From a virus (taxonomy: Duplodnaviria; Caudoviricetes): a DNA stretch of 64,000 nucleotides. The translations under genes and the position numbers were made by a program. The notes beneath the pieces are model-generated. The model did no database searches and was not told the DNA's origin. It saw only the letters and a program-made list of their open reading frames with translations. The first letter of the stretch is position 1, and each line of letters opens with the position of its first letter. Of the stretch, positions 48,988 to 59,910 are shown piece after piece. The stretch covers positions 1 through 64,000 of IMG/VR virus record IMGVR_UViG_3300012667_001143. The stretch is one strand, 5' to 3'.

Positions 48988-50863
48988 AAAAACAGTACTC
49001 ATTCACAGCAATTTTTGCAAAGCTTTTACTGGTTTTGGAAAGAATAAGAAGAATATTCTTCGTTATCTATTCAAGACTGGAAAGTATAATATTGTTGAAC
49101 TGGCAAATGGTCGCCATTGGAATGATCCAGAGCTTCAGCAAATGCCGTGGAAGTGCGCAGGATCTCTTCCAGACGCTCAAACGCTCTCTTCCTTAAGAGA
49201 TGCAGCGGCACAGCGAAGCGCTGCCTACGGAGCCTACATGATCGATAATGCGATCAAGGAGTTTAAGCCTGATGTTTATATTGGCATCGAAGATATTTGG
49301 GCTTTTGATGGATTCGCTGAAAAGCCATGGTGGAATAAAATTAATTCCATGATTTGGACTACCCTCGATAGCTTGCCAATTTTGCAGAGTGCTATTGATG
49401 CGGCACCAAAAGTAGACAACTATTATGTATGGGCTTCATTTGCGGAAAAAGCAATGAAGAAGATTGGTTACGATCACGTTAAAACTCTTCGTGGAAGCGT
49501 TGATGCAAATCAATTTTATCGTTTGAGCGATGAAGAAAGAAAGTCTTTAAGACAAAGATTCAATTTGAGCGATGAATTTATCGTTGGCTTTGTTTTTAGA
49601 AATCAGCTTCGCAAAAGCGTTCCAAACATGCTTGAGGGATTCAAGAAGTTTAAAAAGGAAAACCCAAAAGCAAAACTTCTTCTTCACACTCATTGGTCAG
49701 AAGGATGGAATATCCCAGATTTATTAAAAGAAAAAGAAATCAATCCATCAGATATTCTAACAACTTATTTCTGTCACAAATGCAAGCAGTATGAAATCAA
49801 GTCATTTTCTGGACAAGAATTAAATTGTTCATATTGCAATAGCTCAAAATCAGTCAATACAACCAACATTAATCACGGAGTAAATGAAAACCAACTTAAC
49901 GAAATCTATAATCTTATGGACGTTTATTGTCACCCTTTCACTAGCGGTGGTCAAGAAATACCCATCCAAGAAGCAAAGCTCACGGAATTAATAACTTTAG
50001 TCACAAGTTATTCGTGCGGAGAAGATTACTGCACACAAGAAAGCGGCGGATTTGATCTTAACTGGAATGAGTATAGAGAACCAGGTACTCAATTTATTAA
50101 AGCTTCTACATGCGCAGACGATATTGCTTTAAAGTTGAAAATGGTGAGTGATATGTCTCATGAAGAAAGATCGTCTTTGGGGCAGATTGCTAGACAATTC
50201 GTTGTTGATAACTGCTCTATTGAGGCTATCGGCAAGCAGCTTGAAGAGATTATTGATTCAATGCCTTTTGTGGATCATGATTCAATTCCAAATGAAGCAC
50301 AGGTAAATCCAGAATACCAAATTAATACAACTCTTTCTTTAGACGATTTTATCGTTGACTGCTACAAAGGATTCTTAAATGAAAGAATAGACAAGAACAG
50401 TACTATTTTTAAACAATGGAAGAATATGTTCTCTAGTGGAACAGAACACTCCAAACTAATTGAGCATCTTAAAAATACAACATCTGCAAAAAACAAAAAA
50501 CCATTAGACTTTAGTGAAGTCTTGGATAAAGATGACGAAGGAAAAAGAATTGCGGTAGTCATTCCTCAATCAGAAACCGATGTGTTGTTGATTAATGGTT
50601 TGATGAGAGGTTTGAAAAAACAATATCCAAAGCATAATATTTATGTAATCACCCAGCCGAAATATTTTGAATATATTGAAGACAATGTTAATATCCATAA
50701 ATGTATTCCCTATGCCGAAAGCATCGACAATGCTTTCATATTAGAGGGAGCTGGAGAACACAAAGGCTATTTTGACTTGGCGTTTTTCCCAAATACAACA
50801 ACTCAAAAAACAATAACTTACGTCCACAACGGAAAAGACAAAATTCAATTTTCACTACAATGA
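48980..50863 (+). CDS. Glycosyltransferase (GT4-like with zinc ribbon, plus C-terminal GT9-like half)
   Basis: TGFG, RNQLRK, CHKC..CSYC, LNEIYNLMDVY..SGGQEIPIQEA; C-terminal DVLL..LKKQYP..IYVIT. Confidence 0.82.
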   Translation: MNKKTVLIHSNFCKAFTGFGKNKKNILRYLFKTGKYNIVELANGRHWNDPELQQMPWKCAGSLPDAQTLSSLRDAAAQRSAAYGAYMIDNAIKEFKPDVYIGIEDIWAFDGFAEKPWWNKINSMIWTTLDSLPILQSAIDAAPKVDNYYVWASFAEKAMKKIGYDHVKTLRGSVDANQFYRLSDEERKSLRQRFNLSDEFIVGFVFRNQLRKSVPNMLEGFKKFKKENPKAKLLLHTHWSEGWNIPDLLKEKEINPSDILTTYFCHKCKQYEIKSFSGQELNCSYCNSSKSVNTTNINHGVNENQLNEIYNLMDVYCHPFTSGGQEIPIQEAKLTELITLVTSYSCGEDYCTQESGGFDLNWNEYREPGTQFIKASTCADDIALKLKMVSDMSHEERSSLGQIARQFVVDNCSIEAIGKQLEEIIDSMPFVDHDSIPNEAQVNPEYQINTTLSLDDFIVDCYKGFLNERIDKNSTIFKQWKNMFSSGTEHSKLIEHLKNTTSAKNKKPLDFSEVLDKDDEGKRIAVVIPQSETDVLLINGLMRGLKKQYPKHNIYVITQPKYFEYIEDNVNIHKCIPYAESIDNAFILEGAGEHKGYFDLAFFPNTTTQKTITYVHNGKDKIQFSLQ

Positions 50864-52023
50864 GCCATTTAATCGAAGAGTATTCTAAGAATTTAGGAGT
50901 TAAAATATCGAAGCCTCTTGTGTCCAAACATTTTTGGCCAATGGTTCCAGATAAATATGTTACTATTTGTGCAGACTCGCAAATTCCTTCTAAAAATTAC
51001 AAGCACTATAATCTTGTTATTAATTTAATTAAAGAGTCTCTTGCGAAGAGAGGCATTAAAATAATTCAAATAGGAACATCCAGCAGTTTGAATCTGCAAA
51101 ATGTAGATCAGCAGTTGTTTGATTTGCCATTTAAAAACATGGCTTATATTATTTCAAAATCAATGCTTCATATTGGCGTTGACAATGTTTTTTCTCATTA
51201 TGCCAGCTCGATTGAAACTCCAATGGTAACTATCTTTGGCAATGTTTACGAAACTGTGGCAAATGGATATTGGAGCAAAAATCAAATCAAGATAGAAGCT
51301 CCGTGGAAAGTAAAGCCATGTTTAAGCGCAAACGATTCGGAAGACACAATCAATAAAATCAATCCAGAAGAAATAGCAAAAAAAATACTCGATCAATTAA
51401 AAATTCAAAACAAGATCAATATAAAAACAAAATTCATCGGTCGGTTTTACGACAATCAAGTGATTGAGCTTGTTCCAGATTTCTTTTCGCCAATCGAAAA
51501 GATTAGAAATCAGCATGTATTCATTCGCCCCGATTATGGCTTTGACGAACCAAGCTTTATGAATTGGTGCAATTATCTGCAAAGTTATTCCATATTCGCG
51601 AATAAAGAATTAGATCTTCAGTTTTGCAGTCACTTTGCTTCAAAAATAAAAAACATTTCTTATATTTTGCATAAAGATTCGGCGGTGAGCTTGGATCATT
51701 TAGAAAAAATTCAAAACCTAAATATAGGAATCACTATCCTCTGCGAAAAAGAAGAGGATCTTCCAGAAATGAGAGAAAGGTATTTTGATTTTAGTGTCCA
51801 TCTTTATTACAAGCCAAATAAAAAAATACTCGGAGACGATATAAAATTCGATAATTTGTTTTTTAATTCCTCGAAAATCATTCTTTCTAAGGGAAATCAA
51901 TACTCTTCTAAATACCATTTTCTTAATCAACAAAAAGATGTTGACAAAAACTTTAATTTAGAAGATAATGATGTCTTATTGGAAGAATTAGAACATTTTT
52001 ATATTTATGAGCGAACAAAATAA
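50860..52023 (+). CDS. GT9 (heptosyltransferase-like) domain protein
   Basis: SKNYKHY..IIQIG..AYIISKSMLHIGVDNVFSHYAS. Confidence 0.7.
   Translation: MSHLIEEYSKNLGVKISKPLVSKHFWPMVPDKYVTICADSQIPSKNYKHYNLVINLIKESLAKRGIKIIQIGTSSSLNLQNVDQQLFDLPFKNMAYIISKSMLHIGVDNVFSHYASSIETPMVTIFGNVYETVANGYWSKNQIKIEAPWKVKPCLSANDSEDTINKINPEEIAKKILDQLKIQNKINIKTKFIGRFYDNQVIELVPDFFSPIEKIRNQHVFIRPDYGFDEPSFMNWCNYLQSYSIFANKELDLQFCSHFASKIKNISYILHKDSAVSLDHLEKIQNLNIGITILCEKEEDLPEMRERYFDFSVHLYYKPNKKILGDDIKFDNLFFNSSKIILSKGNQYSSKYHFLNQQKDVDKNFNLEDNDVLLEELEHFYIYERTK
51941..51969 (+). promoter_or_regulatory. sigma70-type promoter
   Basis: TTGACA-17 nt-GATAAT upstream of 52007. Confidence 0.55.
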
Positions 52024-52849
52024 TCAAGAAGAAGCCGATCCACAGGTCGAAGATTCGAGCGAAACACTGAAGCCTTATCAAAAGTATCGTCGAAACGATA
52101 TCGGCTTAATTGATTCTGTGAATTACGTATTCAATGATGATGGTTCTGTTGATTGGAGAGCTATGATCAAGCCAGAGTTTCTTTACCCTAACAAAGATTG
52201 GTTCGAGCTTCGTAAGCTTGCCGTTCCAGCTTCTATAGAGGGTCTAGAAGACAAGCAGCTCCTAATCATGCTTGGTGGTATTAAAGAACTCGCAAAGCTC
52301 CGTGGCTTTCATTCTGTAAGCTACGATGTTCGCAACGAGCGTGAAAATTATGTTACTGCAAAATGCACAATTGAATGGATCGGTAATTATGAATCAGATC
52401 GCAAAATAGTTGTTTATGAAGACGTAGCGAATGCCACAGCATCAAATACAGATGATTTCTGCTTGAAGTTCTTGGAGAGTATTGCCTGCAATCGTGCATT
52501 TGTTCGATGCGTTAGAAACTTCTTGAATATCCATATTGTCGGAGCTGATGAAATTGATAAGTCAAAGAATCGCGTTGCTGAACCTATTGAAACTATTACG
52601 TCAAACGCTCTTCCTATTTCAGCACAGGGAACTCTTGAAAAAGCTGTTCATGAAAAGCTTAAGCTTGCAGATTTCGAAGCTTTTAAAGTTTACCTCAGAA
52701 CCTTATGGAAGAAGGCTCAAGAAACAGAAGATTCTTCGACCTTGGCTCTTCTTCAAGAAGCTAAAGATTGGAAGCAATTCAAGGATGTGTCGGCAAAATC
52801 AGCTCGCGTATTGTTGAAGATTGTAAATGAAAATACAAAGGATAACTAA
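52007..52849 (+). CDS. Rad52/Sak-like single-strand annealing protein (tentative)
   Basis: GIKELAKLRG..VTAKCTI..A.A.N..SIACNRAFVRCVRNFLNI..DEI. Confidence 0.55.
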   Translation: MSEQNNQEEADPQVEDSSETLKPYQKYRRNDIGLIDSVNYVFNDDGSVDWRAMIKPEFLYPNKDWFELRKLAVPASIEGLEDKQLLIMLGGIKELAKLRGFHSVSYDVRNERENYVTAKCTIEWIGNYESDRKIVVYEDVANATASNTDDFCLKFLESIACNRAFVRCVRNFLNIHIVGADEIDKSKNRVAEPIETITSNALPISAQGTLEKAVHEKLKLADFEAFKVYLRTLWKKAQETEDSSTLALLQEAKDWKQFKDVSAKSARVLLKIVNENTKDN

Positions 52850-53285
52850 TCCTACGGATTTTTGTAGGTTAATCGATGACTTGAGTGAGTTGTTCTCAGA
52901 AGAGGATTCTCACTCAGGTCACACCCTGCTTCGTCACAATGCAGAAACAATCAAAGCCTCTTTTGGTCATGCTCAATTATTGAATTGGGATTTGTTTGTT
53001 TGGGCTTGCGAGAACGGTGGTAAATTCGACTCAGCTATTATGTTCTTTAATGAAAAGTCTCCAAAGTTTGGGGCGAGAATCTTTTCAGAATTTTTATGGT
53101 TATCAAAGAATCCAAAAGCTGGATATAAACTCTTTAGCGCTGCTGTAAAATTCGCTAGACAAAATAAGTTCGATTATATAAGCATGTCAACGGTGACATC
53201 TCATCCTAAGCACGAAAAAATTAAATCATTCTATCAAAAAATGGGGTTTTTAAAAGACTCCGAAACTTACATATCAAAACTATGA
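52827..53285 (+). CDS. GNAT-family acetyltransferase
   Basis: AGYKLFSAAVKFAR..FYQKMGF. Confidence 0.7.
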   Translation: MKIQRITNPTDFCRLIDDLSELFSEEDSHSGHTLLRHNAETIKASFGHAQLLNWDLFVWACENGGKFDSAIMFFNEKSPKFGARIFSEFLWLSKNPKAGYKLFSAAVKFARQNKFDYISMSTVTSHPKHEKIKSFYQKMGFLKDSETYISKL

Positions 53286-53443
53286 ACCAAAGAAAAGCAA
53301 AAGAAATTAGATCAATTATTAATCCATCAGATCCTATCGGCAAGAGAAACTATCGTAGAGCTAAAAAGCGCTACGCTAAGTTATCGGCAGATGCAAAGCC
53401 TTTGTTTATTAAGTATCTTCGAGACATGATGAATCCATCATAA
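53282..53443 (+). CDS. 53-aa basic protein absent from the ORF track
   Basis: ATGA overlap with the GNAT stop; MNQRKAKEIRSIINPSDPIGKRNYRRAKKRYAKLSADAKPLFIKYLRDMMNPS. Confidence 0.65.
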   Translation: MNQRKAKEIRSIINPSDPIGKRNYRRAKKRYAKLSADAKPLFIKYLRDMMNPS

Positions 53444-54616
53444 TGTTGTTTTATATATTTTGTAGGAGCTTGAAATCGGCGCTCCACTAACATATAAAAA
53501 ATAATCATTCGCTACCTGGCCAACTGAGTAAATCAGTTGGCCAGTGTTTGTTATAGTGGACTCTAATAAAGTCTGAGGATTATTTAAAACAAGCTTTAAC
53601 TCTGAAGATATATAAGAATCTGTCCCTGTTTTTATTTGAGATGTATATAAAATAGTATGACAAGATCCACTAGGTATTGTATCAAGTATAGTACTTTGCG
53701 GAGAAGGAAGAGTAACAACTCCTGTTAAAAGAGAAAAATCTACAGATTCTGTGCCATTATTTATTTTAAATAAGTTTGTCTCTAAAAGAGTTTGAGGGTT
53801 TCTATCAGAGATTCCTGTAAATACTTTTGGGCCAAATTTTAAATGATTACCAGATCCAAATACAGAATATGGAACCACAGTGAAGTAATAATCTGTATCG
53901 TATTCAAGACCAATTGGTTTAATAATTACAGTGTCAATATCTTCATAATCCTTTACTGTTTGAGTATATAAAAAGTAAGGGTGATTTGCTGGATTTAATT
54001 CTAAAGAATTGAATGGCTCTATATCATTTTCTGTAGATGCGTATATATCATATTTGATTATGTCAATATAATTCAATGAGTTATCCAGCTGTACATTAAC
54101 TAATATCTGGTCTAGTTGTTGTATGTTTTGGTATACAACTAATCCTTCGGCTGGATCTGCTCCATATACAGGAGGAGTATAAAGTAAAGTTGCTGATCCA
54201 TCATATATAGTAGTAACTCCAGTATTTATTTGTGGAATATTGGCATAAAAATAAAACTCTGAAACATTTTTTGTTCCATCGTAAGCGGAGATAGTTGTTC
54301 TCACACCAAAATCTTTTTTATAAGATCCAAAAATACTGGCGTTTTCTATTTCTGTAAGCGTAAGGCTTCTACTTGTTGTTCCAGATTTATAGCCAGAAAA
54401 CGCTACGCTTCCATCTATATTCAAGATATCAAAGCATACTGAATCTGCCAATGGATTGCTTATAAAATCAGAATCAGAAACTATTAAATTTCCATTCATA
54501 TCCAATAAAGACAAAGAAAAAGTAACGTCTTTTTTTAGATGAACTCCACTGCCAGTATAAACTGCTCCTGTTAAATTGCCAGTATCTGGATTATAAACTG
54601 TTTCAAATTCGTACAT
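53438..54616 (-). CDS. Virion tail-tip associated protein (FN3-like domain)
   Basis: Follows gpJ; YDIYAS..LEYDTDYYFTVVPYSVFGSG. Confidence 0.6.
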   Translation of the reverse strand: MYEFETVYNPDTGNLTGAVYTGSGVHLKKDVTFSLSLLDMNGNLIVSDSDFISNPLADSVCFDILNIDGSVAFSGYKSGTTSRSLTLTEIENASIFGSYKKDFGVRTTISAYDGTKNVSEFYFYANIPQINTGVTTIYDGSATLLYTPPVYGADPAEGLVVYQNIQQLDQILVNVQLDNSLNYIDIIKYDIYASTENDIEPFNSLELNPANHPYFLYTQTVKDYEDIDTVIIKPIGLEYDTDYYFTVVPYSVFGSGNHLKFGPKVFTGISDRNPQTLLETNLFKINNGTESVDFSLLTGVVTLPSPQSTILDTIPSGSCHTILYTSQIKTGTDSYISSELKLVLNNPQTLLESTITNTGQLIYSVGQVANDYFLYVSGAPISSSYKIYKTTL

Positions 54617-54619
54617 ATA

Positions 54620-57600
54620 TTAAGAAATTGTAATGTTAGTTGTATAGACGGCAGAAAATTGGCGTTCCGAACCTGTTGGCGCTCTAAATATTCCAGATTT
54701 AGATGGATTTGATGTTAAGAATCTACCAGCATCTGATGGAGAAGCTTGAACAGAAAGATTCCAAGTTCCATCTTGATCTGTAAATCCTGTTGTGTCAAAA
54801 CTTGTTGAAGGCACTTCAAATTCTTTTTCTATGTAATAGTTAGAATTAGATATTTTGACTATATAAGAAGAAGCATTATCAACGCCACTCCAACTGCCAG
54901 TGAATCCAAAAACAGAACCAGCTTTAAAAGCGAAATTAGTTATAACTGGACTGCTTAATTGAGTCAAGTTAACAATAGGATTTTGGGTATTTGGCGAGGT
55001 TGCATAAAAAGTATCAGGAAGATAATCTGAAGTTATGTGCTTTTCTATTGATTCAAATTTACCAGTATCAAATTTTGAACAGTATACGCTGTATTCGTTT
55101 TGATTTTCTTCCCTAATGCTTATTATCTTGTATATTTGATCGCTCGCATTTTTCTTTTGAATGCGGTAAACGCCACCTTCAGGAATCATTGGAAGAAGAT
55201 TGATATTAATATCGTTTTCGTCTATAAATAATTCACTGCCATAATTTTGATTTTGATGACCTGTTACATTAAAAACAGTAATTTGTGGATTGTTTACAAC
55301 ATTAATTTCCTCGTTAAGAATGCCTTTGTAAGCATCAAACTCTACATCTATACGCCCACTTATTGCTGCGCTTGGAGTGGTTCTTTTATCGCTTGCAGCG
55401 GAACTATAACGATAGCCAGTTATTAATTCTGCGCCAGAAACTCTCACAGAAGTAATGTCACTAAATCCAGTATCGCATATTACTTTATTATAAGTATCAC
55501 TATCTATTCCGTATTCGCCAGTAGAAAAAACAAAACCAGTAGCTCCAGTATTGTAATAGCAAAATATCTTTTGTAAAGATGGATAATTTGTACCAGTATA
55601 CAAAGGAAACTGAACTGGTAATTTATTTATGTTTCCACTATTGTATCCTTGTGTGTATCTTGAGAAATAATATCTTCCAGTGAGTATATCGTCACTGCTA
55701 TTAATTAATCCAGTAGTGACATCAAAATAAGGAACTCTATTTCTATTTGAATACGCAATTTGTTCTATGTCTTCGCTTGAAGCAAAACCTGTTGGTGTAT
55801 AAACAGTAACTTTTCCAGTGAAAGATCCACTGTCATACAAACCATCAATTCTTAGACTTTTGTTATTTAAATCAACATCTAAAATTCTACCGTAATTATT
55901 CAAAAGACTTTTCATTTCGTCTTCCACAATAATTAAGTCGCCAGGTCGGCAAAGCAAAGCATCCAAGCCAGCCATAAACTCAACACTTTGGTTTTCTCTG
56001 ATTGTTTGATAAATCAAATGCTGCCCAATTCTTCTAGCCATAGCTCTAGAAGTAACACCGAGCGTGTTAATATCTGTTTTAAAAATACCTCTATTTCTTA
56101 TGTCTGTTTCGTCTTGGATGTATTCTATTTTTGTTTGATAGTTATCAAATCTATCCAAGTAAGCGACTTCCACAGTATTAAACTGTTGATCTCTACGATT
56201 GTTAATGTAATTAAATAGTCCGTCTTTGACGTTTGAATTTGTGAAGATAGCTATTGGATCTCTTGGTCTGTCATCCAAAAAGTGAATTTCTGAATTGCTG
56301 AAAAAGACGCTTCCTCTAAACAACGATGCTACGATATTAATAGCATCAAATATTTTAGTCTGCTCTTTAAACATTATATTACAAGAGTATCTTGGTTCTA
56401 AACCTCCGACACCATCAGAAACTCCAACGAAATATCCTTGTTCATCTACTGCATCACAAAATCTGCCAATTTTATAAAGCTCCCATTTATTGATTTGAGA
56501 CTCCTCTATATAAGATCCTAAGCCATATCTTTTGCTAGTTAAAAGATCATAAATAATCCAAGCTGGATTATCTGTCCAACCTTCTTCGAATGTTCCATTC
56601 CAATCTCCATCATAAATTAAATCTTGGGTTGTGTATTCGGTCGCTGATTTTATATATCTTTTGTCTTTGCCATTATCAAGAGGTTTGTAATTGCTAGGGA
56701 TTTTGATTTTTTTCAATCTGCAATCATATGTTCTCTCTGGAACAGATCCAAAAGTTCTTGCATCAATTTTTACTCCAACAACGCTAGAAAACGGATATGA
56801 TAAATTGTTTTCAATTATTTCTGTGACTTTGTAAAGAGATGCTTCTTTGCTCAATAGAATAGAATTCGTTTCCGCAGATAGTTTAGTTATTTTTATGTAT
56901 CTTTTAACAACAGATGGATCTTCATTGTTATTGAGTTTTGGCAATTTAAATGGCTTGTTCAACTCTGATTCTTCAAATTGACCACCGCTTATATCTCTAA
57001 CAGATTGCAAATCGCTCATTGGAGAATCTGGACTGCCAAAATCAATAAGCATTTGTCCCTCGACCATTCCTAAAATAGCAAACTTTTTCGTAACCTTGTC
57101 GGAGATTTTACCATTTGTGGTTTTCCCATATTCAACCTCAATCTCTAAAATTGCTGGCAATCTATCTTGAGTGCTTCGATTTTCATTCGGAAAGTCAGTA
57201 TGAGCCGTGTCTCTCAAAGAAGAAATAGCTAATGTAAAGAATACAGAAGAAACATTAGAGTTTTCAATAGTATGGGTTATTGGTATAGCGAGTTCATCAT
57301 ATATTTCTTCGTTATCGCTATTCCAATCTGAATAGTTAACATTTGTTTGAGTTCTTAAGTCTTGAGAACCTTCTGATTCAACAAGATCTTGATTCAATTC
57401 TGGATTGTTAGCTCCTCTTGTTTTATAACTACCTTGAATTCTTCTAACTCTTCCACTTGGAACAAAAGGCCCAATTAAAGATGTTCCATAATCAAAATCA
57501 ATATAAATATTTTTAAAATCATTGAGCGTCTCTTGGTATTCATCGCCATTTCTAAAATCGCAAGCAATATTTGAAAAGTTGTATTTAGAAGCGGTTGGAC

Positions 57601-58819
57601 CATCACTTGAATCTTCGACTCCCTTTTTGAAAATCAATTGTACGTTTTTTTCAGAGAAAGCTGACACGCTTTTTAATATCTGCCTATAATAATGATAGTC
57701 ATCGCTAATAATTGAGCTGGCTCTTTGAGTTCCAATTTTTTGTATAAACTCTTCTGTTCTAACTTCTGTTTTAAGCTCTATGACTAAGCATCCATACATT
57801 TGATTAAGATACACAGAATCACTGCTATCTAAAATAGGAATTAAAAATCTATGTATTTGATTTTGTCCAATAAATTGACTGAAATTTTTAATTTGAAAAG
57901 AGACTGGATTTGCTTTAAAATTTTTATTTTCTTGAAGACCATTGTCTAAAGCTACGGAATCTTGTGAAGAAGATCCGAACTTCATGACAACATAAACGCT
58001 ATTGGTTTTTTTCCAATCAAAAGACTTGTCTGCTAATGAACTTTGAAAATCAGATATCTTTGTTTGTATTGTAGAATTAATTGATTGTTGATTTGTCGCA
58101 GCTTTCGAATTTAAAGAATTTTGCAAGCTTCTTAATATTGAAGATTCTGAAAATAAGCTTATTGATGGGTTTTCATAGTGAACCTCCATCAGTAATTTAG
58201 TATCAATGGTTTTAAAGTATTTGGGAGAAGCAGGTTTATTTAAATCTCCAATCCACTGCCAACCATTTCCACTCGCACCAAGTTTTAAAGGTTTTTCGAC
58301 AATAGGTGAATAATAAGATTCAGTTTTCGCTCCAACGACTAACGCATTAGAAGCTAAAAGTCTAGCTTCTTGGAATAACTTAGTATTTTTAATTTTATCA
58401 CCAAGTTCTATGGTTTTTCCATCCTCTCCTCTGTGAAAGTCTAGAATATCTTTTCCATCTATTGGATCTCTATAAATATTTCCTAGTTGTTGTAGTCTAT
58501 CTGAAATATTTATAAGCCCAATTACATCGCTATCATTAATTGGGTTTTGAGAACTGACAGAAGTTTGCTCTACAGGGGTGTTATCTAAATAAACGCCTTG
58601 CAATATACTAGACATTCCATTTTCACCAAGTATTTGATTGTTTTGATTAACAAGTCCTTCTATCGGACCATCAGAAATCAAATCAACAATCTCCGCAACG
58701 CTGTAAGAGTTTAATAGCTTATAAGCTCCAAGTTTTGGGGGTTTGAGAATAGGTGGTTGTGGCTTTGGTTTATTTTTACCACCTCCCTGAAATAAGTTTT
58801 TATTTATTAAGTGTTTCAT
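54620..58819 (-). CDS. Tail tip / host specificity protein (lambda gpJ-like)
   Basis: DLISDGPIEGL, YLDNTPV, YPFSSVVG, WTDNPAWIIYDLLT..RYGLG, EPRYSCN, PGDLI; C-terminal FN3. Confidence 0.92.
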   Translation of the reverse strand: MKHLINKNLFQGGGKNKPKPQPPILKPPKLGAYKLLNSYSVAEIVDLISDGPIEGLVNQNNQILGENGMSSILQGVYLDNTPVEQTSVSSQNPINDSDVIGLINISDRLQQLGNIYRDPIDGKDILDFHRGEDGKTIELGDKIKNTKLFQEARLLASNALVVGAKTESYYSPIVEKPLKLGASGNGWQWIGDLNKPASPKYFKTIDTKLLMEVHYENPSISLFSESSILRSLQNSLNSKAATNQQSINSTIQTKISDFQSSLADKSFDWKKTNSVYVVMKFGSSSQDSVALDNGLQENKNFKANPVSFQIKNFSQFIGQNQIHRFLIPILDSSDSVYLNQMYGCLVIELKTEVRTEEFIQKIGTQRASSIISDDYHYYRQILKSVSAFSEKNVQLIFKKGVEDSSDGPTASKYNFSNIACDFRNGDEYQETLNDFKNIYIDFDYGTSLIGPFVPSGRVRRIQGSYKTRGANNPELNQDLVESEGSQDLRTQTNVNYSDWNSDNEEIYDELAIPITHTIENSNVSSVFFTLAISSLRDTAHTDFPNENRSTQDRLPAILEIEVEYGKTTNGKISDKVTKKFAILGMVEGQMLIDFGSPDSPMSDLQSVRDISGGQFEESELNKPFKLPKLNNNEDPSVVKRYIKITKLSAETNSILLSKEASLYKVTEIIENNLSYPFSSVVGVKIDARTFGSVPERTYDCRLKKIKIPSNYKPLDNGKDKRYIKSATEYTTQDLIYDGDWNGTFEEGWTDNPAWIIYDLLTSKRYGLGSYIEESQINKWELYKIGRFCDAVDEQGYFVGVSDGVGGLEPRYSCNIMFKEQTKIFDAINIVASLFRGSVFFSNSEIHFLDDRPRDPIAIFTNSNVKDGLFNYINNRRDQQFNTVEVAYLDRFDNYQTKIEYIQDETDIRNRGIFKTDINTLGVTSRAMARRIGQHLIYQTIRENQSVEFMAGLDALLCRPGDLIIVEDEMKSLLNNYGRILDVDLNNKSLRIDGLYDSGSFTGKVTVYTPTGFASSEDIEQIAYSNRNRVPYFDVTTGLINSSDDILTGRYYFSRYTQGYNSGNINKLPVQFPLYTGTNYPSLQKIFCYYNTGATGFVFSTGEYGIDSDTYNKVICDTGFSDITSVRVSGAELITGYRYSSAASDKRTTPSAAISGRIDVEFDAYKGILNEEINVVNNPQITVFNVTGHQNQNYGSELFIDENDININLLPMIPEGGVYRIQKKNASDQIYKIISIREENQNEYSVYCSKFDTGKFESIEKHITSDYLPDTFYATSPNTQNPIVNLTQLSSPVITNFAFKAGSVFGFTGSWSGVDNASSYIVKISNSNYYIEKEFEVPSTSFDTTGFTDQDGTWNLSVQASPSDAGRFLTSNPSKSGIFRAPTGSERQFSAVYTTNITIS

Positions 58820-58828
58820 GTCTTATTT

Positions 58829-59503
58829 CTAGTTTCTTCTAAATGATGCATTTCCCTTGTTGTTTCTTATGTCTCCAGTAAGAGCTTTTTTCGTTTGATA
58901 TTTTTGCGGATAAGATTTAATAGTGGATTGTATAATGTAACTTCCAACTCTCAATCTTCCATAACCAACTGGAACAGGAATACCTTGTTCTGCTAAGTTT
59001 CCTTTGGAGCTTATTAAAAATGATTCTTTTGTTCCACTGACAGTAGCTTCTGTTCTTTGTGGTTTTTCAGAGGGAGCTAATGCTTGTTGTATAACTGCCA
59101 TTGCGACAGAGTTAAGCACTGTTCCTATCAACGTGCTTGCCCAGCCAGCAGATCCAATAGTACCCAACGCTCCACCGATAACACCTAATGCTCCACCAGC
59201 TCCAGCAAGAGCGCTACCAATGGCAGTTAATAAGGTCACAAATCCACGACCACAGATTACTGGAGCAAAATCAATAACAGTGTTTTCTTTTTTTATCTCT
59301 AATTGATATTCGCTGACTATATTTTCACCATCGATCAAGATTGAATAATGTATTCCTTGTTGAGATAGTTCTAAAATTCTTTTTTTAAATAAAGCCTTGT
59401 TACACGTAATAGCGTCTATAACTTGTTTTGGTTTTTCAATTTCCATTAAAAACGAATCACCGAATTCGTGAGCCAATATTCCATGTAAGTTAACAACTGT
59501 CAT
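58829..59503 (-). CDS. Tail assembly protein I (ubiquitin-like)
   Basis: V.LHG.L..FG..PVICG, hydrophobic segment, N...QGIPVPVGYGRLRVGS. Confidence 0.88.
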   Translation of the reverse strand: MTVVNLHGILAHEFGDSFLMEIEKPKQVIDAITCNKALFKKRILELSQQGIHYSILIDGENIVSEYQLEIKKENTVIDFAPVICGRGFVTLLTAIGSALAGAGGALGVIGGALGTIGSAGWASTLIGTVLNSVAMAVIQQALAPSEKPQRTEATVSGTKESFLISSKGNLAEQGIPVPVGYGRLRVGSYIIQSTIKSYPQKYQTKKALTGDIRNNKGNASFRRN

Positions 59504-59910
59504 TTTAGTTTACCCTTAATCCTTTCTAATATACTTACATCATAATCTTTGTTTTGTGGTTCATAAATATTAAATTTGCGAGTATTTATCGAATAAATAA
59601 CAAAAGACAAGCAGCAAGCCTCTGACATTTTAACGTCGAATTCAGACTCAGTTTCATTTCCAAGAATATGACTGTGAAAAACAGAAACTAAAGAATAGCT
59701 ATTTTTAAATTTTAAATAACTCGCTGGATCAATAGAAAAGAAAGATTTCGTATCTGCTGCTTGATTTTTTTCAATAGTAGCTACGAAATCTTTTGATTCT
59801 TCATCATATCCAATAAACCCACATATTTCATTTATTGAGTTTCTGTTAGAGTGATTAATCAAAAAATCTTTAATTGCCGCAAATGATTTGTTTTTTATTT
59901 TATCTTCCAT
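59500..59910 (-). CDS. Tail assembly protein K, JAB/MPN domain only
   Basis: NEICG..FHSH......SEFD; no NlpC/P60 domain. Confidence 0.85.
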   Translation of the reverse strand: MEDKIKNKSFAAIKDFLINHSNRNSINEICGFIGYDEESKDFVATIEKNQAADTKSFFSIDPASYLKFKNSYSLVSVFHSHILGNETESEFDVKMSEACCLSFVIYSINTRKFNIYEPQNKDYDVSILERIKGKLK

